A stretch of DNA of 64,000 bases from Myxococcota bacterium (GCA_965140415.1 OZ223209.1:1632001-1696000); one strand, 5' to 3'. Positions 29,404 to 40,035 are shown, numbered from the stretch's first letter. Program-made: numbers and translations. Notes: generated by a model not told the origin, from the sequence alone.

Positions 29404-32400
29404 ATGATGAAGGGAACTTGTTTTACCTTGGTGCTGTTGCTTGTAGCCGTCCTTTTATTTGGGGCGTGTTCGGAAGGAAGTCCCGGTCTTGCTGGGGATG
29501 ACGATGAGACGTGGGAAGCCGAAGTCGATGACGCCTTGGATCCGGTGCTACAGGCTTGCTTGGATTTTTGCGATAAAAGCTATGAATGCGACCAGACAGG
29601 TGCATTCGGTACGGCGCAACTGAATGAATGCAAGGTTGTGTGCGAGAATCTGCAAGGAACCTGTGTGACCAAGGACATGCTTGAGTGCGCCCTGGAAACA
29701 CGCTGCGACGCTTTTGGCACCTGTGTGTTGCAATACGAGACGAACGGTGGTTGCGTATTTCCAGTAGATGGCGATATCGACCAGGAAGATCAGAGTTCCG
29801 GTCCCGTGATCGAAGTGGAGCAGGATGTCTCTTTTGGAGCCGTGGTGATGGGTAGCAGCGGTGAGCGTACGTTGACCATTACCAACAGCGGTGCGGTTGC
29901 GTTGGAAATCTACAACCTGACGATCGTTGGAAATCTGAATGAATTTGAAATGGATTTCACCAATGATGAGGTGTTGAGTATTCTCCCTAAAGACGACGTG
30001 GATATTCAACTGACCTATACTCCTTTGGATGCCGGTAAAGACGAAGCGAAGTTGGTGATTTACAGCAATGATCCGAATCGACGCCTGGTCGAGGTTGCAC
30101 TTAGCAGTGAGTATAAGGGTACCGCCAATGTGCAGGTCGTACCGGAAAGCGTGAACTTCAATGTGGTGGAGGTTGGTCAGGATTCCAATGCGCTGACGCT
30201 GACGATTTCCAACATTCCAGGGTCGTTCGACGACAACCGCCTGCTGAACATTTTCGATTTTGGCATTGAAGATGGTGCGCAGTCCGGTTTTTCTCTGGTT
30301 GGTGACATTCCGCAAACACCATTCGTGATTGCCCCGAATGAAAACGTTCCCCTTCAGATTCAGTTTTCGCCGCAAGCTTTCGGTGATGCTTCGGATACCC
30401 TGCTCATTCAATCGGACAGCCACGAGCAGGAAGATCAGCTCATCAACGTACCCTTGGCCGGGTTCGGTGCGGCGGTACGCCTGTGTTACTTCCCCACTTC
30501 GGTGCAGTTCGGTTCGGTCAAAGTCGAAGAAAGCGCGCAGCGTTTCGTCGATCTGGAAGCCTGTGGGGATTCAACGGTGCTGCTAAGCGACATCGGCCTG
30601 CGCGATGAAGGCGGGAATTTTACGCTGGTGGAACCTCCGGAAATTCCAGATGAAGGACTGGCGCTGCCGCTGGGAGAAACGCTACGGCTGGAACTGGATT
30701 ATTCCCCTCAAGCGCAGCTTGGCGTCGAAACCAACGTGCTGGTCATTGAGAGCGATGACATGTTTGTCCCGCGTCAGGAAATTCCGTTGTCGGGTCAGGG
30801 GTCAATCTCCAACCTGACGGTCTCCCCGACTGTGTTGCAGTTCGAGGATGTCGGAATCGACTCGTCTTCATCGTTGAATTTGGTGCTGCGTAACACCGGT
30901 TCATGGCCGGTGGAGATCGAATCGTACCAGATAGGTGAAAACAGTCCATTTGACGTTGAAAACGGAGACAGCCTGTTTCCGATGGAACTGAATGGATTGG
31001 GTGGGCAGCAGACGATTCGTGTGGTGTTTTCACCTGTTACCGAAGGTGCCGTGGTGGATAATCTGACTTTTGTGTCGGACAATTCGAATGGGGATGTGAC
31101 TGTCGGGCTGACCGGGCGTGGTACTGCGGTTAAGTTGACCCTATCGGAAGAGGAGAGTTTCGATTTCGGGCAGGTTCAACTCGGGGAACGTCATGACATA
31201 ATATTGACCGTGGGTAATAGCGGACGTGCGCCGCTGGAAATTGCCGAGTATGGGATAAACCTGGGTGAAAGCATTTTTTCCGTATCGCCGGAAAGCTGGC
31301 CGGACCCATTGGTATGGAATTCTTCCATCGAGTTGACGTTAAGTTATGAGCCGAGCGAACTTGGCGCTTCAACCGGAAGTTTTTACATCGATACCAACGA
31401 TGCGGATATCGCGCGTCGCCACATCGAGATTGATCTGGCTGGTGAGGGAATCGATCCTGCTTTGCAACTCAATCAGCAAAGCCCTTACGATTTTGGACAG
31501 GTCTTTACCGGGGCGCAGGTGGGTCCGGTGGCCATCGAACTGACGAACTCCGGTTCGGGACCGTTGCTGATCCAGAGTATTCAGGGTGACGCCGGTTTGC
31601 AGCAGGCATTCGTTATGGTGCTGCCGGATATGGTGACTTTTCCAGCGTTGCTTCGTCCGGATTCGGAATCCGACGATCACTTGACGGTGCTTGTCAGCTT
31701 TGCACCAAACGATGTGGGTGATTACCAGGGGGGTATCTCGATTGTCAGTAACGATATCGACAATACGCCGCTGGAATTCGTAGTTACAGGAGAGGGCAGA
31801 AATTGCCCGAGCGGCTTTTACGACTGCGATGACAACCCTTTGGACTGTGAGTACGCCTGCGATGGAGATCCAGCCGCGTCGGAAGTCTGCAATGGCGAAG
31901 ACGATAACTGCAATTGCGAAATCGATGAAGGATTCGGTGTTGGTGGACTTTGCGAGGGCGTCGGGGTGTGTCGCAGCGGCCTGTGGGAATGCCGCCCGGA
32001 TAATCCCGGTCAGGTGATCTGCTCGTCCAGCTATGGAGGCAGCGCTTATCAAGGGTCGGAGGAACTGTGCAACAATTTAGATGACGATTGCGATGGCTCC
32101 ACCGATGAGGATTTTGGTATCAACCAGCCTTGTGATGGAGAAGGAGCTTGTGGCGCCGGTGTGCGCGAATGTCGCAACTACCTGGCTTGGCGTTGCTCTA
32201 CCGACATTGGAGGCACCGATTATCCCGCCGTGCCACCCACCGAGTTGTGCAACGGCATCGACGATGATTGCGACGGCCAGACCGATGAAGGATTCGGTGT
32301 TGGTGATTTTTGTGCCGGAGTCGGCATGTGTGACAACGGGGTAATTGAATGCGCCACAACGAACAGCGTGGTTTGTTCCACATTGCCGGGCGGTTCGGAG

Positions 32401-33627
32401 TACCCGAATCAGGATGAGGTTTGTGACGGGGTCGATAATGACTGTGACGGCCAGACCGATGAACTCTGGCAGATTGGTCAGTTCTGTGAAGGGGCTGGTG
32501 AATGCGGTTTGGGTGTGTGGGAGTGTGAAACCGGTTCTACGCGCGTCTGCTCCACCGATATCGGTGGTAGTCTGTATCCAAATCCTGCTCCCATCGAGTT
32601 GTGCGATGAGCGCGATAACGATTGCGATGGAGAAACAGACGAAGATTACCTGATTGGAGAAGTTTGTCAGGGTTACGGAGTTTGCGATGATGGTATCTGG
32701 GAATGTGATAGCTTGGTAAGCGCGCGCTGTTCCACCAATCAAGGAGGCAGCCAGTATCCGATACCATGGCCGCAGGAATTGTGTAATGGCATGGACGATG
32801 ATTGCGACGGAGAAACTGACGAAGCATTTAATCTGCATCAAATGTGCGTTGGAGTTGGAGCCTGTGGTGAATATGAAGGTGAGATTGAATGTGCTGGTCT
32901 TTACACAATTGTCTGTTCTACTGATATCGGCGGTAGCGACTATCCCGATCCGCCTCCGGTGGAATCCTGTAACAGCATCGACGACGATTGTGATGGTCAG
33001 ACCGATGAGGGATTTCTAGTTGGGCAAACCTGTGATGGCATCGGAGAATGTGGCCTGGGCGAGATTGAATGTGACGAACAGGGCGACGTGCGTTGCTCTT
33101 CTGATATCGGCGGCAGCGATTACAGTGCAGCAGAAGAAGTTTGCAACGGTGTGGATGATGATTGCGACGGCATAACCGATGAGAGCTGCAAGGCGTTGAT
33201 TTATCGTTTCGAGCGTGTGATCTCCGGTTCCGACCACGATCATCGTCTGGGTATCGGTACCGTACCTCCCGATGGCTTTACGCTGAATCCAAGTACACCG
33301 GTGTTCTCCTTATATCAGCAGGTGCGACCAAATACCGCCGAATTGGTGGAACTGATTAATTCTGCAACGAATGATAGCATTTACACCAGCAACTCGGCTG
33401 AGATTCTAAGCCTGACTTCCTCCGGTTGGAGTCAGAGCGGTAGCCTGGGGTATATTGGGACTGATCAGCAAATGCAAGGTGTTTTACCTTTGTACCGCTT
33501 ACAGAATAGTGCGCTAAGTGATCATGTTTACACGGCAAGCAGTGATGAATTAGCCCTATTCATGAATGAGGAAGGCTACGATCTTGAAGATGTAGCTGGC
33601 TATGTATGGGAAAGTTTTATTCCCTGA
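29404..33627 (+). CDS. Large surface lipoprotein with ASH/choice-of-anchor D Ig-like repeats, eight Cys/Asp metal-binding (MopE-like) repeats and a DUF5648-like C-terminus
   Basis: Lipobox FGAC; about six V.FG.V...L.I.N.G...SND units; eight copies of E.C(N/D)..D(D/N).C....DE; C-terminal PLYRL.N...DH.YT...E...GY..E...GYV. Confidence 0.85.
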   Translation: MMKGTCFTLVLLLVAVLLFGACSEGSPGLAGDDDETWEAEVDDALDPVLQACLDFCDKSYECDQTGAFGTAQLNECKVVCENLQGTCVTKDMLECALETRCDAFGTCVLQYETNGGCVFPVDGDIDQEDQSSGPVIEVEQDVSFGAVVMGSSGERTLTITNSGAVALEIYNLTIVGNLNEFEMDFTNDEVLSILPKDDVDIQLTYTPLDAGKDEAKLVIYSNDPNRRLVEVALSSEYKGTANVQVVPESVNFNVVEVGQDSNALTLTISNIPGSFDDNRLLNIFDFGIEDGAQSGFSLVGDIPQTPFVIAPNENVPLQIQFSPQAFGDASDTLLIQSDSHEQEDQLINVPLAGFGAAVRLCYFPTSVQFGSVKVEESAQRFVDLEACGDSTVLLSDIGLRDEGGNFTLVEPPEIPDEGLALPLGETLRLELDYSPQAQLGVETNVLVIESDDMFVPRQEIPLSGQGSISNLTVSPTVLQFEDVGIDSSSSLNLVLRNTGSWPVEIESYQIGENSPFDVENGDSLFPMELNGLGGQQTIRVVFSPVTEGAVVDNLTFVSDNSNGDVTVGLTGRGTAVKLTLSEEESFDFGQVQLGERHDIILTVGNSGRAPLEIAEYGINLGESIFSVSPESWPDPLVWNSSIELTLSYEPSELGASTGSFYIDTNDADIARRHIEIDLAGEGIDPALQLNQQSPYDFGQVFTGAQVGPVAIELTNSGSGPLLIQSIQGDAGLQQAFVMVLPDMVTFPALLRPDSESDDHLTVLVSFAPNDVGDYQGGISIVSNDIDNTPLEFVVTGEGRNCPSGFYDCDDNPLDCEYACDGDPAASEVCNGEDDNCNCEIDEGFGVGGLCEGVGVCRSGLWECRPDNPGQVICSSSYGGSAYQGSEELCNNLDDDCDGSTDEDFGINQPCDGEGACGAGVRECRNYLAWRCSTDIGGTDYPAVPPTELCNGIDDDCDGQTDEGFGVGDFCAGVGMCDNGVIECATTNSVVCSTLPGGSEYPNQDEVCDGVDNDCDGQTDELWQIGQFCEGAGECGLGVWECETGSTRVCSTDIGGSLYPNPAPIELCDERDNDCDGETDEDYLIGEVCQGYGVCDDGIWECDSLVSARCSTNQGGSQYPIPWPQELCNGMDDDCDGETDEAFNLHQMCVGVGACGEYEGEIECAGLYTIVCSTDIGGSDYPDPPPVESCNSIDDDCDGQTDEGFLVGQTCDGIGECGLGEIECDEQGDVRCSSDIGGSDYSAAEEVCNGVDDDCDGITDESCKALIYRFERVISGSDHDHRLGIGTVPPDGFTLNPSTPVFSLYQQVRPNTAELVELINSATNDSIYTSNSAEILSLTSSGWSQSGSLGYIGTDQQMQGVLPLYRLQNSALSDHVYTASSDELALFMNEEGYDLEDVAGYVWESFIP

Positions 33628-33649
33628 GCCATATCCTGTACCTGTCAGT

Positions 33650-33700
33650 AACCGGCACGAGAGATTGAGGAGTAGGTGACTCCTTTTTCGTGCCGGTTTT
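33650..33700 (+). terminator. Stem-loop, probable intrinsic terminator
   Basis: AACCGGCACGA (33650-33660) pairs with TCGTGCCGGTT (33688-33698); inner AGGAGT/ACTCCT stem; T-rich 3' end. Confidence 0.6.
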
Positions 33701-33847
33701 CCTTTGAAAATCTGTAGGTTGTGCAGGGGTAAGATACTTCTTGAGTTTTCAGGTGATTTTAGGTATAATACTTTTCAATTGATTCAGGAAAACTTTTTTA
33801 GTTGCCACTAATTTATATATAATTATAAGTCAAATAGAAAAAACTTC

Positions 33848-33877
33848 TTGACAGAGAGACCTTATTTAAAATAAAAT
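33848..33877 (+). promoter_or_regulatory. Sigma70-type promoter of the HTH-pilMNOPQ operon
   Basis: TTGACA-18 bp-TAAAAT within a very AT-rich intergenic region. Confidence 0.6.
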
Positions 33878-33924
33878 TCGAATTAACGGTGCATAGTTTC
33901 GTGGGTATTACGGAGACATTTCAT

Positions 33925-34191
33925 ATGAATAATGTCAAAAAGATTCGGAATCGAAAGCTTATGAGCAAAGCAGAGCTGGCTCGACGTTCCGGACTTTCTG
34001 TTTTAACGATCGATCGCGTGGAGAGTGGCAAGCAGTGTCGCCTGGATACCATGCGAAAAATCCTTTTAGGGCTCGGATTAGCGCTGGAAGACAAGGATCT
34101 TGTTTTCGGACCGGATGAACCCCTGCGAACGTCCTCTCGTGGAAAACGGGATTTCGGGATGAGCGAAGCGGAATCCCGGGACGGAATATAA
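33925..34191 (+). CDS. XRE-family helix-turn-helix regulator
   Basis: MSKAELARRSGLS..TIDRVESG..CR..T.RKI; GGAG before ATG 33925; sits directly upstream of pilM. Confidence 0.88.
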   Translation: MNNVKKIRNRKLMSKAELARRSGLSVLTIDRVESGKQCRLDTMRKILLGLGLALEDKDLVFGPDEPLRTSSRGKRDFGMSEAESRDGI

Positions 34192-34206
34192 GAGGAAGGA
34201 CCGGCA

Positions 34207-35262
34207 ATGGCCAAGGGACTTATCGGATTGGATATCGGCTCCAGCTCGATCAAGGTGATCAGTCTTCGAAAGAGCAAGAAAGGCTACGAGTTAACCAACT
34301 TCGGCATTGCGCCGCTGCCCCCGCAGACGATCGTAGATCGATCTCTGATGAATTCGGGTGCAGTGGTGGACGCCATCAGGCGGTTGATTCAATCTCAGAT
34401 GATCAAAACCAAAGACTGCGCTTTGTCGATCTCGGGACATTCCGTTATCATTAAAAAGATTTCGTTGCCGCAGATGACCAAATCTGAGCTGGACAATTCG
34501 CTGCAATGGGAAGCCGAGCAGTACATTCCCTTTGATATCAATGATGTGAATGTCGATGTGCAGATTCTGAACCCGACCGGTTCGGAGCCGGGGCAGATGG
34601 ATGTGCTGCTGGTAGCGGGCAAAAAGGATATGATTTACGACTACGCTGCGGTCGTCAGCGAAGCCGGGCTGAATCCGGTTGTCGTCGATGTTGACGCGTT
34701 TGCCGTTGAAAATGCTTTCGAGGCGAACTATACGGTTCCCCCCGATGAAACGATTGCCCTCATTAATATCGGAGCATCGGTCACGAACATCGTGGTGCTG
34801 GCCAATCGGCTTAACACCTTCACTCGTGATATTACAATCGGTGGTTTGCAGTTTACCGAAGAAATCCAAAAACAACTGAATTTGAGCTTCGAGGAAGCCG
34901 AAGACCTCAAACTGGGCGGCGAGCCTGGCGTGGATGCCGACTCTGTCATTCCCCAGGAGGTTGAACGGGTTATTCAGGAAGTGTCGGAAAATCTGGCTTC
35001 CGAAATCCGTCGGTCCCTGGAGTTTTTCTCTGCAACGAATCAGGACAGCGACATTTCCAAGATTTACCTTTGCGGAGGAACCTCGAAGATCTCCACCCTT
35101 CACAAAATTCTGGAAAGCCGAACCGGTATCGAGGTGGAAACGTTCGATCCCTTCCGAAATATTCGTATTAACGAAAAGATTTTCGATATCGGGTTTATCC
35201 GGAACGTCGCCCCAATGGCCGCTGTGGCTGTTGGACTAGGGTTGCGGAGGTTTGACACCTAA
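34207..35262 (+). CDS. pilM: Type IV pilus assembly protein PilM
   Basis: IGLDIGSSSIK, WEAEQYIPF, INIGA, L.GG, AVAVGLGLR. Confidence 0.97.
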   Translation: MAKGLIGLDIGSSSIKVISLRKSKKGYELTNFGIAPLPPQTIVDRSLMNSGAVVDAIRRLIQSQMIKTKDCALSISGHSVIIKKISLPQMTKSELDNSLQWEAEQYIPFDINDVNVDVQILNPTGSEPGQMDVLLVAGKKDMIYDYAAVVSEAGLNPVVVDVDAFAVENAFEANYTVPPDETIALINIGASVTNIVVLANRLNTFTRDITIGGLQFTEEIQKQLNLSFEEAEDLKLGGEPGVDADSVIPQEVERVIQEVSENLASEIRRSLEFFSATNQDSDISKIYLCGGTSKISTLHKILESRTGIEVETFDPFRNIRINEKIFDIGFIRNVAPMAAVAVGLGLRRFDT

Positions 35263-35816
35263 TGATTCGGATTAACTTACTACCAGTCAAACAGGCGAAG
35301 AAGCGTGGCGTTGGTCAGCAGCAATTGATTCTGTTCGCCATCATTCTGATCGGCATCGGGTTGCTGCTCTATTCCGTCAACCAGTCGGAAGAAGCGACCG
35401 TTACGCAACTTCAGGATCGACAAAAAGACATCAAAGCCGAGATGGATCGCCTTGAAGAATTGATTGGCGACATCAACGTCATTCAGAAAAAGAAAGAAGA
35501 CCTGCGCAAGAAACTGTCGGTCATCGACTTGTTGCGTAAGGGAAAAACCGGTCCTGTGCGCATCCTGGATGAACTAAGCACCATCATTCCCAAAAAGGTG
35601 TGGCTGGTCTCTTTGGCGGAAGGAACCAATCGCCTGATGATGAAGGGATTTGCGACGGACAACAAGGAAATCGCGGTTTTCATGAAAAACCTTGAAGCTT
35701 CGCCGTTCTTTTCCGATGTTACATTGCAGACGATTATACAGGCGCCAGATAGGGAGTACGCTATTCCGGTGATGAGTTTTTCCTTAAATTGTGTCTACCA
35801 TTTACCGAAATCCTAA
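35262..35816 (+). CDS. pilN: Type IV pilus assembly protein PilN
   Basis: MIRINLLP followed by a TM segment, coiled coil and IP..VWL. Confidence 0.95.
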   Translation: MIRINLLPVKQAKKRGVGQQQLILFAIILIGIGLLLYSVNQSEEATVTQLQDRQKDIKAEMDRLEELIGDINVIQKKKEDLRKKLSVIDLLRKGKTGPVRILDELSTIIPKKVWLVSLAEGTNRLMMKGFATDNKEIAVFMKNLEASPFFSDVTLQTIIQAPDREYAIPVMSFSLNCVYHLPKS

Positions 35817-35829
35817 GTAGGACAGAACA

Positions 35830-36456
35830 ATGGATGCCTTTTTCGATAAATTCGCAAAGATACCCATCTTCCAGAAAGTGCTGGGTTTCGTCCTCGTCTG
35901 TCTGTTGGTCATCGGACTATATTACTTCTTCGTCCACAGTGCGCAGAAGCAACAGCAAGAGGAAATCCGAAATAGCATCATTTCGCTGGAAGCGAGCCTT
36001 GAAGAGAAGAAGAAGATGGTTGGCGATCTTTCCCAATATAAGCGGGAAGTGGAAAAGCTGAACCAGGATCTTCAGAAAGCCTTGAAATTACTGCCTAATA
36101 GCAGTGAAATTCCCTCCTTGCTGCAAAAGGTTTCTTCGTTGGCCAAAAAAGCTGGGTTGGACATTTTGAGCTTCCAGCCAAAACCCGAAATTCCGCAGGA
36201 CTTCTATGCGCGAGTTCCGGTATCGCTGAAATTGAGCGGCAGTTACAACGAACTGACGAACTTCTTCGATGCTGTTGGCAAACTGTCACGTATCGTGAAT
36301 ATCAGCAATTTCTCTTTTGGGTCGGAAGAAGGCGGAAGGAACGCAAACAAGCAGGCGAAGAAGGTGCTTTCCGCCGAGTGCATCGCCACGACCTATCGTT
36401 TCATCCCCCCCTCTAAACCGGCGGGAACCGATGCACAAACGAAGGGGAAAAAATGA
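35830..36456 (+). CDS. pilO: Type IV pilus assembly protein PilO
   Basis: TM segment, coiled coil, LP...EIPSLL, FY..VP, LSRIVNI, ATTYRF. Confidence 0.95.
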   Translation: MDAFFDKFAKIPIFQKVLGFVLVCLLVIGLYYFFVHSAQKQQQEEIRNSIISLEASLEEKKKMVGDLSQYKREVEKLNQDLQKALKLLPNSSEIPSLLQKVSSLAKKAGLDILSFQPKPEIPQDFYARVPVSLKLSGSYNELTNFFDAVGKLSRIVNISNFSFGSEEGGRNANKQAKKVLSAECIATTYRFIPPSKPAGTDAQTKGKK

Positions 36457-37115
36457 TGGCTGGGCGCTGGATTAAAAGAAAAATTCGCATTGGTAAAGCG
36501 CTGCCACTTGCCGCTGTGGTCCTGATTGTGCTTGCCATGCTGGCCGCTTGCGGCAGCGACATTACAGTTAGTAAGAGTACGAAGAAAAAAGCTCCGGAAG
36601 CGCGTAGTGCACAAGAAACTGTAGCCGCAGTTGCTCCGGCAGCGAAAGTTGAGAAGGATTACGTTTACACCAGTATCGGTAAGCGTGATCCGTTCCGATC
36701 CATCTTCGACGAAACCGGTGGTGAGGCGACGATGGATGCAGTCGAGACGATTTTGAGTCCGCTGCAGAACTACGACATCACTTCCTTTACGGTAACCGCT
36801 ATCCTTTGGGGAATTCCATCGCCTTCGGCAATGGTGGTTGCTCCGGATAGTAAGACCTATACCGTCAAACAGGGAACGCTGATTGGACGTAATTGGGGAC
36901 GAGTAGTCAAGATCAAGCGTGATGGCATCGTGGTGTTGGAACAGACGCGGATGCCGAACGGACAGAAGATCACCAACACGATCACATTGAAACTGCCGGT
37001 TAAAACCATCTCTGCAAAAGGGGTGGAATTCGGTGGGGGTTTGAATTTGGACGAAGCCCTGGAAGAAACTCAGGATAGTATTATCGAAGACCTGAGTGGC
37101 TCGAGGGGTCGATAA
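36453..37115 (+). CDS. pilP: Type IV pilus assembly lipoprotein PilP
   Basis: Lipobox LAAC; Y...GKRDPF, PLQ.YD, G..IG.N.GRVV.I. Confidence 0.93.
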   Translation: MMAGRWIKRKIRIGKALPLAAVVLIVLAMLAACGSDITVSKSTKKKAPEARSAQETVAAVAPAAKVEKDYVYTSIGKRDPFRSIFDETGGEATMDAVETILSPLQNYDITSFTVTAILWGIPSPSAMVVAPDSKTYTVKQGTLIGRNWGRVVKIKRDGIVVLEQTRMPNGQKITNTITLKLPVKTISAKGVEFGGGLNLDEALEETQDSIIEDLSGSRGR

Positions 37116-37188
37116 GGTGGATGGAAAACAAACGCCAATGAAACGATTTGACATTGCCATGCAGATCCTGCCCTTTAAGGAGAGACAG

Positions 37189-39990
37189 ATGATGTCACTC
37201 ACCAGAATTGCACTGCTGTTCGTGCTGGCCATTTGGCTAACAGCATGCGCGAGCCAGTCCGAGGGATTGTCTCCCGATGAACAGGCCGCTCTTCAACCCT
37301 CAGTCAACGAGTTGACCGCCTTGAATGTTTCCGTTCAGGACGGCAGGACCGACCTGATGATTGAGAGTGTCGACAAACCGATCTATAGCGTGTTCCGGAT
37401 GAGCGATCCGCAACGATTGGTCGTCGATTTCGACAATGCCGTAGTGAAGGAAATTCCTTCGATCACGGAAGTCAACGATGGTCTCCTGACGCTGATCAGT
37501 ACAAATCAGTTCAAAGAGGGAGACAAATCAGTCACGCGCGTGATGATCGGGTTCGCACAGGATGCTGAATTCTCCGTGAGCGAGCAGCTCAATGGTGTGA
37601 CCTTACATCTGGTTCATCCGGAAGGATATGCTGCTGAGGCGGTGACAGAAGAGCCTGTCATTGCGGAAGCGGCTCCGGTCGTTGAGCAAAGCGTTATTGA
37701 AGAAGCTCCTGTTGTAGAGCCGGCTGTTCAGCCTGTAGTACCGGTTGCATGCAATCCGGATCAACCGGTCATTGAAATGGCTTATGATGGTGTCATCTCT
37801 AAGGGCAAGCTTACTTCGGTTACGTTGACGACCAAAGAGAATGGCGTTCAATTGAAGGCAAATGTCCGGGGTTCGGTAAAAGATGGTAGCATTGAGGTGA
37901 TGAGACTCTGTGAGCCAGACCGAATCGTCGTCGATTTGTATGGAATTAAAAATGGCATTAAATCCCGTAAGGTGGCCGGTGACGGCGAATACATCAGTGG
38001 GGTTCGCGTAGGCAGTCATCGCGACAAGCTACGTTTGGTTCTTGATTTGAAACGTGATTTACAGGAACTCAATATCGATACCGGTAAGGCTGGTCTGATC
38101 CTGGCGCTGGACGAGGTCGTACCGCAGGCCGTCACGGTTGCCAAGGTTGAGCAGACCGAACCTGCCGCTATCGAGGAAAAATTAGAGGTCCAGACTGCTA
38201 AAGAAGAACAAGCAGCAACAGTTTCCGAAGAAGGAACGAAAGTCGTTGCGCTGGACTTCAAACATCGTACAACCGGTTCTACAATTGAGATTCGTACAAC
38301 CGGCAACACGGATTATCGCTTGGTTGAAACAGCGGATGATCAGGTCGTACTGGAACTTCCCGGTGCGCTTTTGCCGGAACAGTTGGAGCAGAGCCTGGAT
38401 ACCAGCGAATTCAACGGACCGGTTTCCCTGGTTAGCTCTTATGTGGCGGACCCCGAAAGTAAGCTGGTCAAAATCGTGGCTCAGACTCGGTATGCCTCTC
38501 CGAATTCGGTAACGGTGAAAGATAACGTAATTCGCTGGAACTTCGAAGCTTCTCAGAGCATGGCTGCAAGCGAAGGCGAAGGTCGTATCCGCTTGGCGGA
38601 AAACGGAGAGACGGTAATCGAATACGAACCGGCTGAAAGCGCCGGTATGCAGCAGACTCTGGCGCCTGTGGCGGGTGCCGCCACTGCGGCTCAACCTGCG
38701 GGTCAACGGATATCACTGGAATTGAAGAACACCGATATTCTGGATGTGTTACGTCTGATCGCAGACGTCAGCAAACTGAACATCATCACTTCGGATAACG
38801 TGAGTGGTGCCGTGACCGTTCGACTGCTCAATGTTCCATGGCAGCAGGCTCTGGATATTATTCTGCGCTCGAAAGGATTGGGCAAGGAACGGCAGGGTAA
38901 CATTATCCGCGTGGCTCCGCTGGATGTCTTGCAGCGCGAACGCGAAATGCGCATCAATCAGATGAAGGCGCAACGCGAGTTGGAACCGCTGTCGGTTCGT
39001 TTGATCCCGATCAGCTATGCAGAAGCAGGAAGCCTGATTCCGCAAATCAAGGATCTGCTTTCCAATCGCGGTACTGTTAACTTCGATCAGCGCACGAACG
39101 TTATCATCGTGAAAGACATCGACGAAGTGTTGAGCAAGGCCGAGTCGATGGTTTCCAAGTTGGATTTACAGACTCCTCAGGTCATGATTGAAGCCAAGAT
39201 TGTGGAAGCTGATATCACCAACGAAGACGCATTCGGTATTCAGTGGGGTGGTTTTTACCAGGCTAGTGAAGCCACGGGTAATCCTACAGGATTGGCTTTC
39301 CCTTACAACCTGGGTGTGACCGGTTCGCAGAATCCATCGTTGTTGTCCACTCCGGGTGTGGCAAGCACCACATCGCCGCCTGATTGGGTTGTCAATACGC
39401 CGACTACCACAGCCCCGGCTGCTGGTCTTGGATTTACGTTCGGTAGCGTTCGCAATGCCGCCAATCTGACTCTTCGTCTGACGGCTGCTGCCAGTGCTGG
39501 TAAGATTCGCATCATCTCTTCGCCGCGTATTTCGACCTTGGACAATACAGAGGCGACCATCGAACAGGGTTTGCGAATTCCAATTCTGTCCATCAGCATC
39601 TCTGGTGTGCCGGTCTCAAAGATGATCCTAGCCAAGTTGCAGTTAACTGTAACACCGCATATCACAGCGGATGGCAGCATCATCATGAAACTCAACATTC
39701 TGAAAGAAGAGCCGGATTTCTCGCGTACAAACTCGTTGGGCGATCCTGCGATCATTACCAAAAAAGCTAAGACCGAAGTGTTGGTTCGTACAGGTGAAAC
39801 TACGGTTATCGGTGGTATCTACACTAAGAAGACGACCGAAAAAGACATCGGTGTGCCGTTGCTTTACAAGATCCCGATTCTTGGATGGCTTTTCAAGAGT
39901 CACACCGAAACGGAACAGAAGACGGAATTGTTGATTTTCGTGACACCACGTATTATCAATCGAAGCCAGTCCTCTCTTGTCGCGGACTAG
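37189..39990 (+). CDS. pilQ: Type IV pilus secretin PilQ with about three AMIN domains
   Basis: DP.RLVVD AMIN motifs; VPWQQALD.IL, PQVMIEAKIVE, IGGIY, GVP.L..IPILGWLFK, ELLIFVTPRI; AAGGAG before ATG 37189. Confidence 0.97.
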   Translation: MMSLTRIALLFVLAIWLTACASQSEGLSPDEQAALQPSVNELTALNVSVQDGRTDLMIESVDKPIYSVFRMSDPQRLVVDFDNAVVKEIPSITEVNDGLLTLISTNQFKEGDKSVTRVMIGFAQDAEFSVSEQLNGVTLHLVHPEGYAAEAVTEEPVIAEAAPVVEQSVIEEAPVVEPAVQPVVPVACNPDQPVIEMAYDGVISKGKLTSVTLTTKENGVQLKANVRGSVKDGSIEVMRLCEPDRIVVDLYGIKNGIKSRKVAGDGEYISGVRVGSHRDKLRLVLDLKRDLQELNIDTGKAGLILALDEVVPQAVTVAKVEQTEPAAIEEKLEVQTAKEEQAATVSEEGTKVVALDFKHRTTGSTIEIRTTGNTDYRLVETADDQVVLELPGALLPEQLEQSLDTSEFNGPVSLVSSYVADPESKLVKIVAQTRYASPNSVTVKDNVIRWNFEASQSMAASEGEGRIRLAENGETVIEYEPAESAGMQQTLAPVAGAATAAQPAGQRISLELKNTDILDVLRLIADVSKLNIITSDNVSGAVTVRLLNVPWQQALDIILRSKGLGKERQGNIIRVAPLDVLQREREMRINQMKAQRELEPLSVRLIPISYAEAGSLIPQIKDLLSNRGTVNFDQRTNVIIVKDIDEVLSKAESMVSKLDLQTPQVMIEAKIVEADITNEDAFGIQWGGFYQASEATGNPTGLAFPYNLGVTGSQNPSLLSTPGVASTTSPPDWVVNTPTTTAPAAGLGFTFGSVRNAANLTLRLTAAASAGKIRIISSPRISTLDNTEATIEQGLRIPILSISISGVPVSKMILAKLQLTVTPHITADGSIIMKLNILKEEPDFSRTNSLGDPAIITKKAKTEVLVRTGETTVIGGIYTKKTTEKDIGVPLLYKIPILGWLFKSHTETEQKTELLIFVTPRIINRSQSSLVAD

Positions 39991-40035
39991 TTGTCGGTCG
40001 ACGAAAGACAGCCTTTGGCTTGGTTGGAGGAACCC

